A stretch of 64,000 bases of DNA, taken from positions 24,677 to 88,676 of the forward strand of contig CAVSCZ010000013.1 of NCBI GenBank assembly GCA_963726635.1, in the 5' to 3' direction. Under the pieces are notes generated by a model. That model did not search any database, was not told the origin of the DNA, and saw nothing but the letters and a program-made list of their open reading frames with translations. Below, in pieces: positions 30,167-40,752 of this stretch. Numbering within the stretch: the stretch's first letter is position 1; each line of letters starts with the position of its first letter. A program made the position numbers and the translations under genes. This DNA is from an uncultured Nitrospiraceae bacterium (GTDB lineage Bacteria > Nitrospirota > Nitrospiria > Nitrospirales > Nitrospiraceae).

Positions 30167-31930
30167 ATGAATAGCTCTATATCATTTTACATGCAAAACA
30201 CTGTCGTCCGACTACGGTATCATCACATCGCCATCCTCCTTGCTGTGCCATTCGTTGTGACGTTTACGATGGCTCTCTGCTCGTTTGCGGAAGAATCACA
30301 GTTGCGTTCAGAGGAGCAAGTAGCCGCACATGCGAAAAGCGTGTGGGAGAGTGGCGCGATAAACCCTGCGCTCGAGATCCTCGAACAAGGGATTCAAGAC
30401 CATCCTCAAGCGCTCACGCTACACAAACTACGCGGCGATATTCTCACCGCATCCCGAGGCCCCCAAGAGGCAGTCGAGGCCTATGAGACGGTCCTCGCCA
30501 GGACACCAACCGCGCTGGATGTCCGGTGGGCCAAGTGGAGTGTGTTGATCCGGTCGGGACAGGGAGAGGAATCCATCGCCGAGTTAGGACGCATCGCACG
30601 GGTCGATGTTCAGAATCCCCTCGTTCATCTGCGGCTGGCGCAAGAACTCCGAAAACTCGATCGCCTTGAGGAATCGCTCGAATCGTATAAGAAGGCCGTG
30701 GAACTCGCTCCGGAATTGCTCGGTTGGCGATTAGCGTTGGCCCGGGCGCGGTTTGACGTCCTGGATTATCAAGGCGCGGATGATGACGTGCAATACGTGT
30801 TGCACAAGGTGCCGCCTGGTTCTCCGCTGGAGCTCCCTGCGAAGAATCTGCTCTCACAAATCAATGGAACCTCCATCGACCGAGGCCGACGCTTTGACCC
30901 AGTTCTGACCAAAGAAATGACAGGGGCACAGCGTAAGGAATGGGCTTCCATTCGCGCAGAGGCATGGAGGCTCTTCTCTACCGGTCAATATCAGGAGGCC
31001 GAACCGATCTATCAACGACTGCTGGCCCTCAATCCCAATGATCCCCTCGCTAATCATCAATTAGGGCTGACCCTCATGCAGCTAGGCCGGTGTAAGGATG
31101 CGCTGACGGTTTTCGGGAAGGTGTCCAACCTTGATCCAAGCGAAGAAGACTATGTGGATACGGTGTTTCGGATGGGCCAATGTCTCGTGGAATTGGAACA
31201 GTGGGAAGACGCATTCGTCCATTTTCAAACCCTCTATGATGCGGCAGTCGAGTTTGAAAAGAGCAACAAGAACGTTCAGCTCCCACCGGACACCCGTGTG
31301 TTAGATAAAAAGAAAATCGCACGGTGGCTCGAGAAGGTGCGGCCCCATGTTCCCGAGTTGGCAAAGCTGACGGATCATGAGGCAACGGACCGCCTCCCCT
31401 CCGGCGATCCTTCTCCTGGCACAGTCTCTCCGGAGGACGAGCTGTACGCCAGAGCCGCCGAGCGGTTTAAACCGCAGAAACCACTGGACACACGAGCGTC
31501 GCTCATGGGCAGAGATGCCGATTTCAGCTGGTTTCGGTTTGTCATCCCGGCGAGCAAGGTCGTGCGGGATGATTTTCCCACCGGCGCCCATGAATTCATT
31601 CCCCTCAACCCGGGTGATAGCTTTCCTACCACACAACAAGAGATCTACCTGGTCTTTGGACTGGTGTCTGCCTCGTTTGACGCAGTGCCCCTCACAGGAC
31701 GCTGTTTTCTGGAAACATCCGAGATAACCGGAGAGCAACGCGCCATCGCACAGGACCGAGTCATGACGACCATGAATGACCAGTCCGGCTATTTCATGTT
31801 GACCCCACCTAAAACTGGATGGACAGCGGGCCTCTACCACTGCGGGTTGTTCGCAGGAGAGCAGACGTCCGCAGATACTCTTGTGGATGAAGTCCGGTTC
31901 CGTATCATTGAGGCAACCAGCTCGTCGTAA
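30167..31930 (+). CDS. secreted TPR-repeat protein
   Basis: 587-aa ORF with a hydrophobic leader (IAILLAVPFVVTFTMALCSFA) and multiple TPR-like units (e.g. EAEPIYQRLLALNPNDPLANHQLGLTLMQLGRCKDAL). Confidence 0.75.
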   Translation: MNSSISFYMQNTVVRLRYHHIAILLAVPFVVTFTMALCSFAEESQLRSEEQVAAHAKSVWESGAINPALEILEQGIQDHPQALTLHKLRGDILTASRGPQEAVEAYETVLARTPTALDVRWAKWSVLIRSGQGEESIAELGRIARVDVQNPLVHLRLAQELRKLDRLEESLESYKKAVELAPELLGWRLALARARFDVLDYQGADDDVQYVLHKVPPGSPLELPAKNLLSQINGTSIDRGRRFDPVLTKEMTGAQRKEWASIRAEAWRLFSTGQYQEAEPIYQRLLALNPNDPLANHQLGLTLMQLGRCKDALTVFGKVSNLDPSEEDYVDTVFRMGQCLVELEQWEDAFVHFQTLYDAAVEFEKSNKNVQLPPDTRVLDKKKIARWLEKVRPHVPELAKLTDHEATDRLPSGDPSPGTVSPEDELYARAAERFKPQKPLDTRASLMGRDADFSWFRFVIPASKVVRDDFPTGAHEFIPLNPGDSFPTTQQEIYLVFGLVSASFDAVPLTGRCFLETSEITGEQRAIAQDRVMTTMNDQSGYFMLTPPKTGWTAGLYHCGLFAGEQTSADTLVDEVRFRIIEATSSS

Positions 31931-31984
31931 CACACGCTGCACAAATGAGTACGTACCTCGTGAAGCGTATCTCGGTTGGACAGA

Positions 31985-32087
31985 GGAGCTGATGGCTGAA
32001 AGCTGACTGCTGACAGCTTCGATCGCGAGAGACGAGCGACGCTTCGCGAACGACGAGGACCGGACGCGCAGGGCGGTTGAGGGGGGG
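31985..32087. repeat. family A arm plus family D tail
   Basis: GGAGCTGATGGCTGAAAGCTGACTGCTGACAGC ... ACCGGACGCGCAGGGCGGTTGAGGGGGGG. Confidence 0.7.
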
Positions 32088-32128
32088 CAAACGACATGGG
32101 CGATCAGAGGAGCGGCTCCTCACGATGG

Positions 32129-32686
32129 CTATGAGGGAGATGCCACTGACTTGGTTGACCAAACCCGCTGGAGTGCGCGAAGCAACACGGACGCCGCACA
32201 GGATGGCAGCCAGATCCATATGGCTTCGCTGGCCAGGATCCGAACACCGTATGCGCTGAAGAATTCGCTGATCTCGATGGGAGACACAAGGATCGGTCGC
32301 ACGGGGAAGAAATATCTCGTCGTATCAAATGGAGAGAAAAACGCCACGCCCAACCCTCCATTCGTCATCGCATCAAGCACGCCATGAGAAGCGGTGCTGA
32401 GAAAGAAATAAAAAAATAACCCCGTCATCGCTACCGCTGGCTTGCCTCGATACCACAAAGCCACAAAACTCCCAGCTAACAGCGCCGCAAACACTACCGA
32501 GTGCGTCAGGCCTCGATGGCCCCACACATCACCGTACTGAATGCCAAAGTGAAACCCAATCACATCCAGATCCGGCACGACCGAACATAGCGCACCCAAG
32601 AACAACTCGCGCCAACTTAATTCCTTGTTCTGAAAGGCCTTCCCCATCGCCAGAGCGACAATGGCATGGGATAATGCGGACGCCAT
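32129..32686 (-). CDS. membrane-bound metal-dependent hydrolase (YdjM/DUF457 family)
   Basis: MASALSHAIVALAMGKAF and WGHRGLTHS with 4-5 TM segments. Confidence 0.75.
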   Translation of the reverse strand: MASALSHAIVALAMGKAFQNKELSWRELFLGALCSVVPDLDVIGFHFGIQYGDVWGHRGLTHSVVFAALLAGSFVALWYRGKPAVAMTGLFFYFFLSTASHGVLDAMTNGGLGVAFFSPFDTTRYFFPVRPILVSPIEISEFFSAYGVRILASEAIWIWLPSCAASVLLRALQRVWSTKSVASPS

Positions 32687-32769
32687 TCAATACCTCTTAC
32701 TGCGATCCAGACACCGCGAGACCCTGCGCTCCGAAAGCAGGCGCGTCAAGAATGCGGGCGATGGAGAAA

Positions 32770-32966
32770 GGAGCTGATGGCGGATGGCAGGAAACAGGAG
32801 CTGATCGCTAATGGCGTATAGCACGAACAAAGAATGTCCTGCTTCTTCCACACATGTATCGGCCATAAGCCATCTGCTATTTGCCCTGGTCTGACGCCAT
32901 ACGCTATCAGCTATGGGCTATCGGCTCTTTGATCCTCGAACACGCTGGGCGCCTGGCGAGGATCGG
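32770..32966. repeat. composite family A palindrome plus D-like tail (~197 bp)
   Basis: GGAGCTGATGGCGGATGGC..GAGCTGATCGCTAATGGCGTATAGC ... GCCATAAGCCATCTGCTAT..GCCATACGCTATCAGCTATGGGCTATCGGCTCTTTGATCC. Confidence 0.75.
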
Positions 32967-33080
32967 TTTTTCCGGGGAAGGACTCCCTACCTCCGTCGTA
33001 AGGGTATAGACTTCTCCTTCCGTTCGCGCTAATTTTAACATCCTAAACACAAACCACTCACCTTCACCAAGGAGAAGGCC

Positions 33081-33684
33081 ATGACTCGACACATCATGCT
33101 AACCATCCTGGCCGCAGGTACCCTCATAATGCCGGCGATCACCACTGCGGGCGACAAGCCGTCTAAGAAAGGTGCGACCGTCAAAGAAGTAAAAGCGATG
33201 TCCGAGAAGGACCAGACAGCGCTTGCGTTAAGCGCAGCACCGGCGCACATTGCGAAAGAGGCCGGTGTCATGATTTACGGCGCCGATGGCAAGCTGACCG
33301 AAACCAAGAAAAGCGCCAACGGGCTTTACCTGCATCCCGACCGTGATGAATCTGCCGGATCCTGACCCTATGTGTATGGACGCTGCCGTTCACCAATGGA
33401 TGACCGACCTCATGAACAACGCGCCAAAACCAACGAACACGGTGCCCGGCATCGCCTACATGGCTCGCGGCGGTTCACATTTTGAGAAAGCCGGGAAAGT
33501 AGTCATGTCGGGGGATGGGGCCAAGGTTGTGAAAGAGCCCCCGCACTGGATGGTCATATGGCCCTTCGACGCAGAAGCCACGAAGCTCCCGACTGTCCCG
33601 AACCCCTCCGGTGTCTACATCATGTTCGAAGGCAGCCCCTACGCGCACCTCATGGTGTACCAAGACCCCAAGAAAATGAAGTAA
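33081..33684 (+). pseudogene. secreted hypothetical protein with one frame change
   Basis: Signal peptide MTRHIMLTILAAGTLIMPAITTAG. ORF 33081-33365 and ORF 33343-33684 join as ...KKSANG / ...NLPDPDPMCMDAAVHQW after a +1 shift near 33325. Confidence 0.55.
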
Positions 33685-33734
33685 CACCCTCAAGCCGTGC
33701 AGAGAGCAATGAAACTCTCCGCACGGCTTGGGAA

Positions 33735-33884
33735 CCGATGGCTGCAAGCTGACTGCTGATGGCTTGAGTCGCGAGATACGTACGACGCTTTAGTCCTCTC
33801 GTGAAACATAAAACCTAAAAGGTGAAACGTTTCAGACTGTTTGGCGAGAGACAGACCGGACGCGATGGGGCGGCTCTTGGGACC
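33735..33884. repeat. family A arm plus family D tail
   Basis: CCGATGGCTGCAAGCTGACTGCTGATGGCTTGAG ... ACCGGACGCGATGGGGCGGCTCTTGGGACC. Confidence 0.7.
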
Positions 33885-33919
33885 GAAACGGTTCATGACA
33901 CCTTCCCCGCTAGGCAAGG

Positions 33920-35312
33920 TTACTGCGATTTGAGACTCTCAATAAATTCCAGAAAATCCGGCGACTCATTCAGAAGTTGAGGGCCAACGTTGATGAGAGC
34001 CTGGACCTGATCTTTTTCGAGAGCAAAACTCGTCGGCAGGGATAAGAAGTACTTCCTTCTATCGGGATCGGAGATGGCTTCGAAGTCGACCTCTATTACG
34101 TAAGGGTCAATTTCAGAGGCAAGCTTGGGAAGTTGCGGAGACCCCGGACATTGATCCAGTTTCTTCTGACATGCGGTAATATTTTTCTGCGCCTTCCTCC
34201 TTGCATCACGGAGATCCTTCACCGCCTCAACGGTCTCCACGGTGTAATGCTCCATAGCAACCGTCGCAGTTTTTGATCCCACAGTACGTAACCCGGGCGG
34301 GCTCTCGTCCTGACTCATCGTGTCCTTGTCTAATGTGTGTGCATTCACCACAATCAACACGAACTTTTCTATTTCACCTTGATTGAATAACTTCCGGATA
34401 AACCCACCGGAACGTTGATGGGCCGCCTCGATCGGACGCAAGCCAATATTGTCCGCCAATCCGCCATCCATGAGATGCACATAGGGCAGCGCCGTATCGT
34501 TCATATACATCGCTCGATTGCGCGCCCAATAGTAGCGTCGCCGATTGTCAGCGTAATCCTTCAGCCCCAGCTCGTAATCCTTCGGCAGCTGAAATTGCGC
34601 GTGCGGATAATTCCTGAGCGTGATCGGACTCAACAAGAAGGGAAAGGCCGAGGAAGCAGCCACGGCCCGTGCAACCGGATAACTATTGAGGTCGGACACT
34701 AAAAAGTCGAATTGTTCTTGTGTGAACTCGAACCGCTCTCCGTTTGCAAGATTCGTTGCGTTCAAGATGACAAACGGCCGCCGGCCTGTTTCAGCCAAGG
34801 TCGCAAACGACTTCCCTTCAAAGATGTTCTCGTCGTAGTACTCTGCGGCAAGGTCGATACGGCTGAAGTACGGAGACGCCAGCCGGACCCAATTCCAGGG
34901 ATTGAAGAGACTCCAGAAAAGAGAACCCTGAACATCAGCCTCCAAAAATCGCCCACGGTAATCTTGAAAGATCCGTTCCCCGAACAGCCCATAGTAGGCA
35001 GCGGTGAATGACCCGCCGGAAATCGACGAGATGCAGTCCACCTCATCGAGTAGGCGTCTTCTCCTCCCCCTTCCAGGTGATCCGCGTGTCCTTCAGCTTC
35101 TCCAACACGCCATAGGAAAGCGCGGCGGCGCGTGTTCCACCCCCGGAAAACGCCAGACAGATGAACAGAGAATTGGAATTGCCGCCGCTCGCCTCAGGAT
35201 TGAAACGGTACTCCTTGACCGGCTGGATGGCCGGTTTCTCAATATTCACGAAGTAGTGGGCACACCCCGGGAGGGCAAGAAACAGAAGACAGACCAGAGC
35301 CCGTCTAGGCAT
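33920..35312 (-). pseudogene. patatin-like phospholipase lipoprotein with one frame change
   Basis: Lipobox LFLALPGC, oxyanion-hole FSGGGTRAAALSYGVL, nucleophile elbow ISGGS and catalytic Asp block HLMDGGLADNIGL. Removing one C from the C5 run at 35066-35070 gives ITWKGRRRRLLDEVDCISSISGGSF and a continuous ORF. Confidence 0.8.
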
Positions 35313-35527
35313 CAGATCGACAGATCAAAGCTCACCTCGCGCGGCTCGAGTTCGACCGTGTCCTTCAAGATGATTGTTCGTTCTTCCGGCGTGTAATTGT
35401 AGGGAGGCCCCAACGACACAACATGTCGACCTGCCTCGAGTTCAATCAGGTCCTCTGTACGACCATTGAACTCATCGTCTACCACGACGCGACGAGATCG
35501 AGGAAAGTGCACAATTAAGTATTCCAT
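35312..35527 (-). CDS. 71-aa small protein translationally coupled to the patatin gene
   Basis: MEYLIVHFPRSRRVVVDDEFNGRTEDLIELEAGRHVVSLG... looks beta-rich. Its TGA stop overlaps the patatin ATG (TGATG). Confidence 0.5.
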   Translation of the reverse strand: MEYLIVHFPRSRRVVVDDEFNGRTEDLIELEAGRHVVSLGPPYNYTPEERTIILKDTVELEPREVSFDLSI

Positions 35528-35850
35528 ACAGCACACTCCACAAGGGCGGATGTCCTGGCAGTACCAGGACCCCGGGCTGAGCAGAGGCTACAGAGAAATG
35601 AAAAAGCTGTCAATCGAAGTAGATTTAAAACACCTGTATTGCAGAACCAATGCAGCCCCCAACGGGGGATCGAGAATCGGGACTTGCAATTGCGTTTTCA
35701 GTCGGTGGGCTTGGGCCCTGTCGGCAGGTGGAGGCACAAGCTGCCTAGATACCACTACAGTTGTTCACCCCCCTTCCACTGGTTTATTCCCCCGGCACTA
35801 CCAGGTTTGCAAAGAGCGGGCTCAGGAGGCGAGAGAGCTACTGTAATGGT

Positions 35851-36156
35851 ATGAGCCCCCTGTTCGCCGGGGAAGGGGGTACCGGTAAGACGATGGCCGC
35901 CGTGGTAACCGCCCGGGAACTCTGACTCGCTCTATTATGTCTCGACCTGTCGCAGGTGGTGAGTACGTACATCGGCGAGACCGAAAACAATCTGAAGCCT
36001 GTCTTCGATGCGGCCGGGTCAGACAGCGCGATCCCACCGTTCGAGGAACTCGGATGCAGTGGGCTGCCGGCGGGGCTAAATCACAATGTATGGTTGCAGG
36101 GCCTGAACCTGATTGTTGTGCGCAATCCCTTGCGCGGTAATTCTGCAGCCATGTAA
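35851..36156 (+). pseudogene. AAA+ ATPase remnant (truncated, with an in-frame stop)
   Basis: Reads SPLFAGEGGTGKTMAAVVTAREL*LALLCLDLSQVVSTYIGETENNLKPVFDAAGSDSAIPPFEE... The Walker A and the VVSKYIGETEKNL-type block are preserved. TGA at 35923-35925 is in frame, Walker B is degenerate, and the N- and C-terminal domains are missing. Confidence 0.6.
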
Positions 36157-36195
36157 CCGGTGTGCCGTCGCCGTATCACCGTCGTGGACGGGACC

Positions 36196-36585
36196 TCAGG
36201 CCTCGCCTCCCCGCAGCGGAAATACTTGCTCACAGATCTCCTTCAACACAGTCGCTTCGAAAGGCTTCAAAACATAATCTCTGGCCCCCATGCGAACGGC
36301 CTCTTGAAGAACCTCGCGCTCCAAACCGGCCGACATCATCAGGACAGGGACGCCCGGGTGCCGAGCGCGGAGCTCCCGGAGGACCTCGATGCCATCCATG
36401 ACGGGCATATGAACGTCCAGAAGCACCCCATTGAGCGGCGGGCCTTTCGCTTCAAGGGCCATCAAGGCCAATCCCGTCCTTCCATCGTGAGCGACGATGA
36501 CTTCATGGCCCATTGCCTCGAGACGATCTTTCAAGCCTTCGCAGATGTGTGGCTCATCATCGATGATGAGCAGCCGGTTCTTCAT
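36196..36585 (-). CDS. stand-alone CheY-like response regulator receiver
   Basis: MKNRLLIIDDEPH, DVHMPVMDG and VLKPF. 129 aa. Confidence 0.85.
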   Translation of the reverse strand: MKNRLLIIDDEPHICEGLKDRLEAMGHEVIVAHDGRTGLALMALEAKGPPLNGVLLDVHMPVMDGIEVLRELRARHPGVPVLMMSAGLEREVLQEAVRMGARDYVLKPFEATVLKEICEQVFPLRGGEA

Positions 36586-36823
36586 GTTGTTGCCCCTGGC
36601 TGAGGGTCCACGCTTGGTTAATCGGGCGAATTTGATAGCTCAGGCCCACTCGATGGAGTGCAATCAAGTTCTTTCGGCTAAGCCTGGCGATTGCGAGAAA
36701 CAATTGTGTCCTGCTGAAATCAGGTCGTCCACCGATACAGATGAGGTCTTCCATCATGAGCACCTCATATCGTTGAAGCATATTCAGAATTGCCTGCTCT
36801 GCTCCCGCACTTGCTGTGCTCAT
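36557..36823 (-). CDS. small hypothetical protein (possible winged helix)
   Basis: Start at ATG 36821-36823 behind GGGAGGAA. Sequence MSTASAGAEQAILNMLQRYEVLMMEDLI...LFLAIARLSRKNLIALHRVG. It overlaps the receiver gene by 29 nt. Confidence 0.5.
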   Translation of the reverse strand: MSTASAGAEQAILNMLQRYEVLMMEDLICIGGRPDFSRTQLFLAIARLSRKNLIALHRVGLSYQIRPINQAWTLSQGQQHEEPAAHHR

Positions 36824-36843
36824 GACGTGTTCCTCCCTTCCCG

Positions 36844-37104
36844 TCACATTGCTGATTGCAAGCGGGCCCGACCTCCCGTCGGCTTGAGCCCTCTGGCTCG
36901 ATTGGCCAAGATCACCGGATCAATGACGGCTCCGCATTGCACGCAATCCCAAGCCAGGAACGCTTGATTTGTCGTCGTGCTTCCCCAATCCTCATATCTC
37001 ACAAGCACCATGAATCCTTGGCAACGCGGGCATCGCCCAGGCCGGAAGGTCGTAAGTTCGCGCTCCTTCGAAGGCAACGGCAACATGTATTCGCTCAGCG
37101 CCAC
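36844..37104 (-). CDS. zinc-ribbon small protein
   Basis: 86 aa with CPRC...CVQC Cys pairs. It is tightly spaced after the cupredoxin gene. Confidence 0.55.
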   Translation of the reverse strand: MALSEYMLPLPSKERELTTFRPGRCPRCQGFMVLVRYEDWGSTTTNQAFLAWDCVQCGAVIDPVILANRARGLKPTGGRARLQSAM

Positions 37105-37107
37105 GGC

Positions 37108-37542
37108 TCACCTCGCAGATTCGACAACAGAGATCTCCCCTTCAGGCCGCGCCTGTGATTCGACTACAAGGAGTGTCCCGCGCATGATCGGATGCAATTC
37201 GCAGTGGTAGGAATACCGGCCGGGGGGCAATGGCGCAACGACGAAACTATCATCCGGGAGGACAGCTATCGAACGAAAAGCACAAGGCTCGTCCGTCAGG
37301 CAACCATCGTGGCGGATGCTGTGGGGGGAGGCAGTAGGATTCGACCATCGCACCGGAACGCCAACCGATACAATAGCCACCTGTGGTTGGTAGTACGGCT
37401 CCGTCGATTCAAACACAATATCAACCGTCGGCATCCCAACGCCCGGATCAGCATTGTTATTATTGGCCAAGGAGACCGATGGGACGAGCAGGAGGATCGC
37501 AAGGACCACGAGCAACCAGATCACAACACCAGACCGTCTCAT
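37108..37542 (-). CDS. cupredoxin-like (type-1 copper) protein, membrane-anchored or secreted
   Basis: Leader VVIWLLVVLAILLLVPSVSLA. Ligand pattern ...PHSIRHD... and YHCELHPIMRG (C-x2-H-x2-M). Confidence 0.75.
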   Translation of the reverse strand: MRRSGVVIWLLVVLAILLLVPSVSLANNNNADPGVGMPTVDIVFESTEPYYQPQVAIVSVGVPVRWSNPTASPHSIRHDGCLTDEPCAFRSIAVLPDDSFVVAPLPPGRYSYHCELHPIMRGTLLVVESQARPEGEISVVESAR

Positions 37543-37738
37543 ATTGCCCTCCTTCGAATACTCGACAGAGAACAGAGAACCGGTTGATGATCGACAGCGT
37601 ACTGCCGAATCGTCTAAGGACTCGATATCGGGATGACTCAGATCTTATAAAGAATGTGTAAAGATTGAGTGAGATGGACTGGTCGATACCCTTAGAGCAG
37701 GGCGAGCGAGGATGGGAGGGGGAAGGGAAGTCCTGAGG

Positions 37739-38443
37739 CTAGGGAACCACATCGCCGTCGGCACAGAACCGATAGCCTACGCCGGGATCGGTGAGGATAT
37801 AGCGGGGACGTGTCGGGTTGCGCTCGATCTTTTTCCTCAGTTGTCCGACGAATACGCGCAGGTACTGAGCTTGATCGACGTACGCTTGCCCCCACACTGC
37901 TTGAAGAAGCATGCGATGTGTGAGCACTTTCCCCGAATGTTCGATCATGTACTTCAACAAATCGTATTCGGTCGGCGTCACCTTGACCGGTTTCTCGTCC
38001 AGCGTGACTTCGCGGCGATCAAAGTTCACACAGAGGCTTCCCGCGACAAATACCGGTTGGGCGCTGTGCGCTCCGGCCGCCCTGCGCAACAACGAACGAA
38101 TTCGTGCCAAGAGCTCTTCCATGCCGAACGGTTTCGTCATGTAATCGTCCGCCCCCATCTCGAGGGCTTCCACCTTGCGCGGCTCATCCCCCATCGCTGA
38201 GAGCACGATGATCGGTACCGTTGAAGATTCGCGAATACGGCGTACGACTTCCACGCCGCCGATGCCCGGCATGATCAGATCAAGGACGATGACGTCGGGG
38301 TGTCGGTTGTGGAACGCGCCGATCGCCTCCTCGCCCGTCTCCGCGGTTTCGACAGCATAGCCCTTACTTTCCAGATTGACCTGGAGCGACCGCCTAATCT
38401 GCGGCTCGTCGTCGACGACCAGAATGCGCGCTCCCTGCGTCAT
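37739..38443 (-). CDS. OmpR-family response regulator (KdpE-like)
   Basis: REC domain (ILVVDDEPQIRR...DLIMPGIGG...TKPF) plus a winged-helix output (LTPTEYDLLKYMIEHSGKVLTHRMLLQAVWG). Confidence 0.85.
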   Translation of the reverse strand: MTQGARILVVDDEPQIRRSLQVNLESKGYAVETAETGEEAIGAFHNRHPDVIVLDLIMPGIGGVEVVRRIRESSTVPIIVLSAMGDEPRKVEALEMGADDYMTKPFGMEELLARIRSLLRRAAGAHSAQPVFVAGSLCVNFDRREVTLDEKPVKVTPTEYDLLKYMIEHSGKVLTHRMLLQAVWGQAYVDQAQYLRVFVGQLRKKIERNPTRPRYILTDPGVGYRFCADGDVVP

Positions 38444-39877
38444 GACGCCTTCTGAACCGAGTGTGGCTCTGACGCCACCCCGTCACGAGCGGCGCTCGCT
38501 GTCGTCAGAGGTAACCGAAACAGGATTGTGGTTTCTCCACCGGGAACCGACTGAGCCATAATGTGTCCTCCGTGGGCTTCTACGATGCCCTTGCAGATGG
38601 CTAACCCAAGACCGGCTCCTGGAGTTCCATGCGCTCGTCCCGACTGCACCCGGTAGAATCGGTCAAAGATCCGATTCAGTTCGTCAGAGGGTATCCCGTC
38701 GCCGACTATTCGATACGCGCACTTCCAGAGTCTCTGTCGCGAGCGAAGCTGTGATCCGGATTGGAGACTCCGGCGGAGAAAACTTTATCGCGTTGTCCAG
38801 GAAATTCACGAGTACCTGTTGGATTTGCACCCCATCGACGTAAATCGGTGGGAGACCTTCAGCCAGGCGAACGTGGAGGGGTCGGCGTGCCAGCAACACC
38901 TCGACTCGTCGGATGGCGCCTTCCACCAGTTCATCCAGAACATGCCACTCACGATGGGGCATCAGCATCCCCGCCTCAAGGCGCGACATGTCCAAGAGAT
39001 TTCCCACGAGTCTATTCAAATAATCCAGTTCCTGGTCGATGCCCGTGAGAAACTCTTTGCGCATAGGAATCGGTTGCGAATCCCCGTCTTCCTGAAGACT
39101 GAACAGCATCGTCTTCATAGCAGTCAAAGGTGTCCGTAATTCGTGGGAGACGGACGACAACAACGACGACTTGACGGCATCACTCTGCTGAAGAGCTTGT
39201 ATCGCCATAGACTGACTGCGCTTGAGCGCATTCTCCGCTTGAACGAATCGCCAGGTCCCCACCGACGCCACAGCTACCACAAGCAACACCACAATCAGCT
39301 CCCAATGAATCAGGGTGCGAACTCGAGATTCCGAATACTGAGCCAACATGGCCACGGCATCGTTGGCCACCTCCAGCAGTAGAGCATTGTCCTTGAGGAC
39401 GTCATTGCGAACCGTACGATACTCGGCCGAAGAGCGTGGAGTTCGCAGAAAGCGGTCCGCCTTCACGACAAACGCCTCCAAGAGGCTTTGCTGTTGCAGA
39501 AGTTTCTCCCGAATCTCGTCGGTTGGGGCCGAGGGAAGAACAGTGCTCTCCCCCTGATTGATCCTGGCTACCGTGCTTCCCCCATGTATGAGCGCGCCGA
39601 TTCGTTCTTTGAGTATCTCCCGAGTCCGCTGATAGGGACTGTCGACTCCTTCCGCGGCAAGGAGTAGTTCTTTCATATGGCGTTCCAGCAACATGCGCTG
39701 CCGGCCTGCCATATCAACCACGAAGGCATCGGATTGGCGAAGCTGAAGAACGGTCAGTGTGAGGGGAACGATAGAAAGGGCGGTGATGACGAGGAGGCCA
39801 AAGATGCCCGCCAGCGTCCAATTGACACCGCGGAACCTCCCCGAGCGAAGGAGCCCGTCGCCCATGGCCACCTCCAA
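38440..39877 (-). pseudogene. sensor histidine kinase with a PilJ/NarX-type periplasmic sensor, one frame change
   Basis: Sensor motif AGRQRMLLERH and H-box VSHELRTPLTAM. ...EVRVSNS continues as GDGIPSDELNRIFDRFYRVQSGRAHGTPGAGLGLAICKGIVEAHGG in the next frame. The shift is near 38693. The gene overlaps the regulator gene by 4 nt. Confidence 0.8.
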
Positions 39878-39995
39878 CCTCCCGGATCATAACAAGAGTT
39901 CGGCGGAATACACCAGGCGTGCAGGAAGGAGCGTGAGCCAACGACAGGCCCCGGTGGCCGGACCACAGGCTAGGAGAAAACACAATGAGGGAGAG

Positions 39996-40027
39996 ACGAG
40001 AGGCGCGGTGGGCGGCGAGGCTAAACC
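39996..40027. repeat. family D motif
   Basis: GACGAGAGGCGCGGTGGGCGGCGAGGCTAAACC. Confidence 0.5.
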
Positions 40028-40103
40028 GTCAGAAACAGTAGAACGTCATTGGTTCGCGCCCTTGTGCTTTCCCTTGCCGGGGAGAAAGGCATAGAATTCA
40101 AAT

Positions 40104-40616
40104 ATGGCTGTGGTTCGCACGAAGGAGCAGCAAGCTGAAAAGATCGCTCACGTACTGGACGATATCCTCCGCGTGCCGGGAACCAGCATGAGAATCGGGG
40201 CGGACCCCCTCCTCGGACTCATACCAATCGTCGGAGACGCGATTGCTACCATATTGGGCGTAGCCATTTTGGTGAGCGCACGGCAACTCGACGTGTCCTG
40301 GAGGGTGCTCGCCTCCATGGCCTTCAACCAGTTGAAGAACGGGCTGATCGGAGCGGTCCCGTTCATCGGAGACGCGTACTCCTTTTATTTTAAGAGTAAC
40401 GCAGTGAACACGGCACTCCTTCTTCGCACTCTCAAACATGGGGAAAAAGGCACGTGCTCTCTGATGGCTCACGCATTGACGATACGGGACATGGCGGGCC
40501 TCGCCGTACTGACTCTTCCAACCATTGCGCTGGTCGGCTTCGTGAGCTTCTGGTTCTGGGACCACCACATTTCATATATCTCGGTCTTTTTCCCTACTCC
40601 ATACCAGAGCCGCTGA
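40104..40616 (+). CDS. DUF4112 membrane protein
   Basis: DDILRVPGTSMRIGADPLLGLIPIVGDAIATILG...VPFIGDAYSFYFKSN. Confidence 0.7.
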   Translation: MAVVRTKEQQAEKIAHVLDDILRVPGTSMRIGADPLLGLIPIVGDAIATILGVAILVSARQLDVSWRVLASMAFNQLKNGLIGAVPFIGDAYSFYFKSNAVNTALLLRTLKHGEKGTCSLMAHALTIRDMAGLAVLTLPTIALVGFVSFWFWDHHISYISVFFPTPYQSR

Positions 40617-40752
40617 CGTGCCATCTTCTCTGGCTTCCTGGCTCCGCCCGATACACTGCCCACCTGAATTACCTGCGCTCACCCTTGTAAACATGAAACC
40701 TCACTCGTTGGGAAGGGGGCTCATGGTACGGACGCTGTTCGCTCACCATTCC

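Noticed and set aside
35551-35850. Apparent ~45-nt direct repeat (GGCAGTACCAGG...GGGCTGAGCAGAGGC...ATG versus GGCACTACCAGG...GGGCTCAGGAGGC...ATG) flanking the non-coding stretch upstream of the AAA+ remnant.
   Set aside because: The similarity is patchy with several gaps and could be chance. I could not support it as a repeat without an alignment score.
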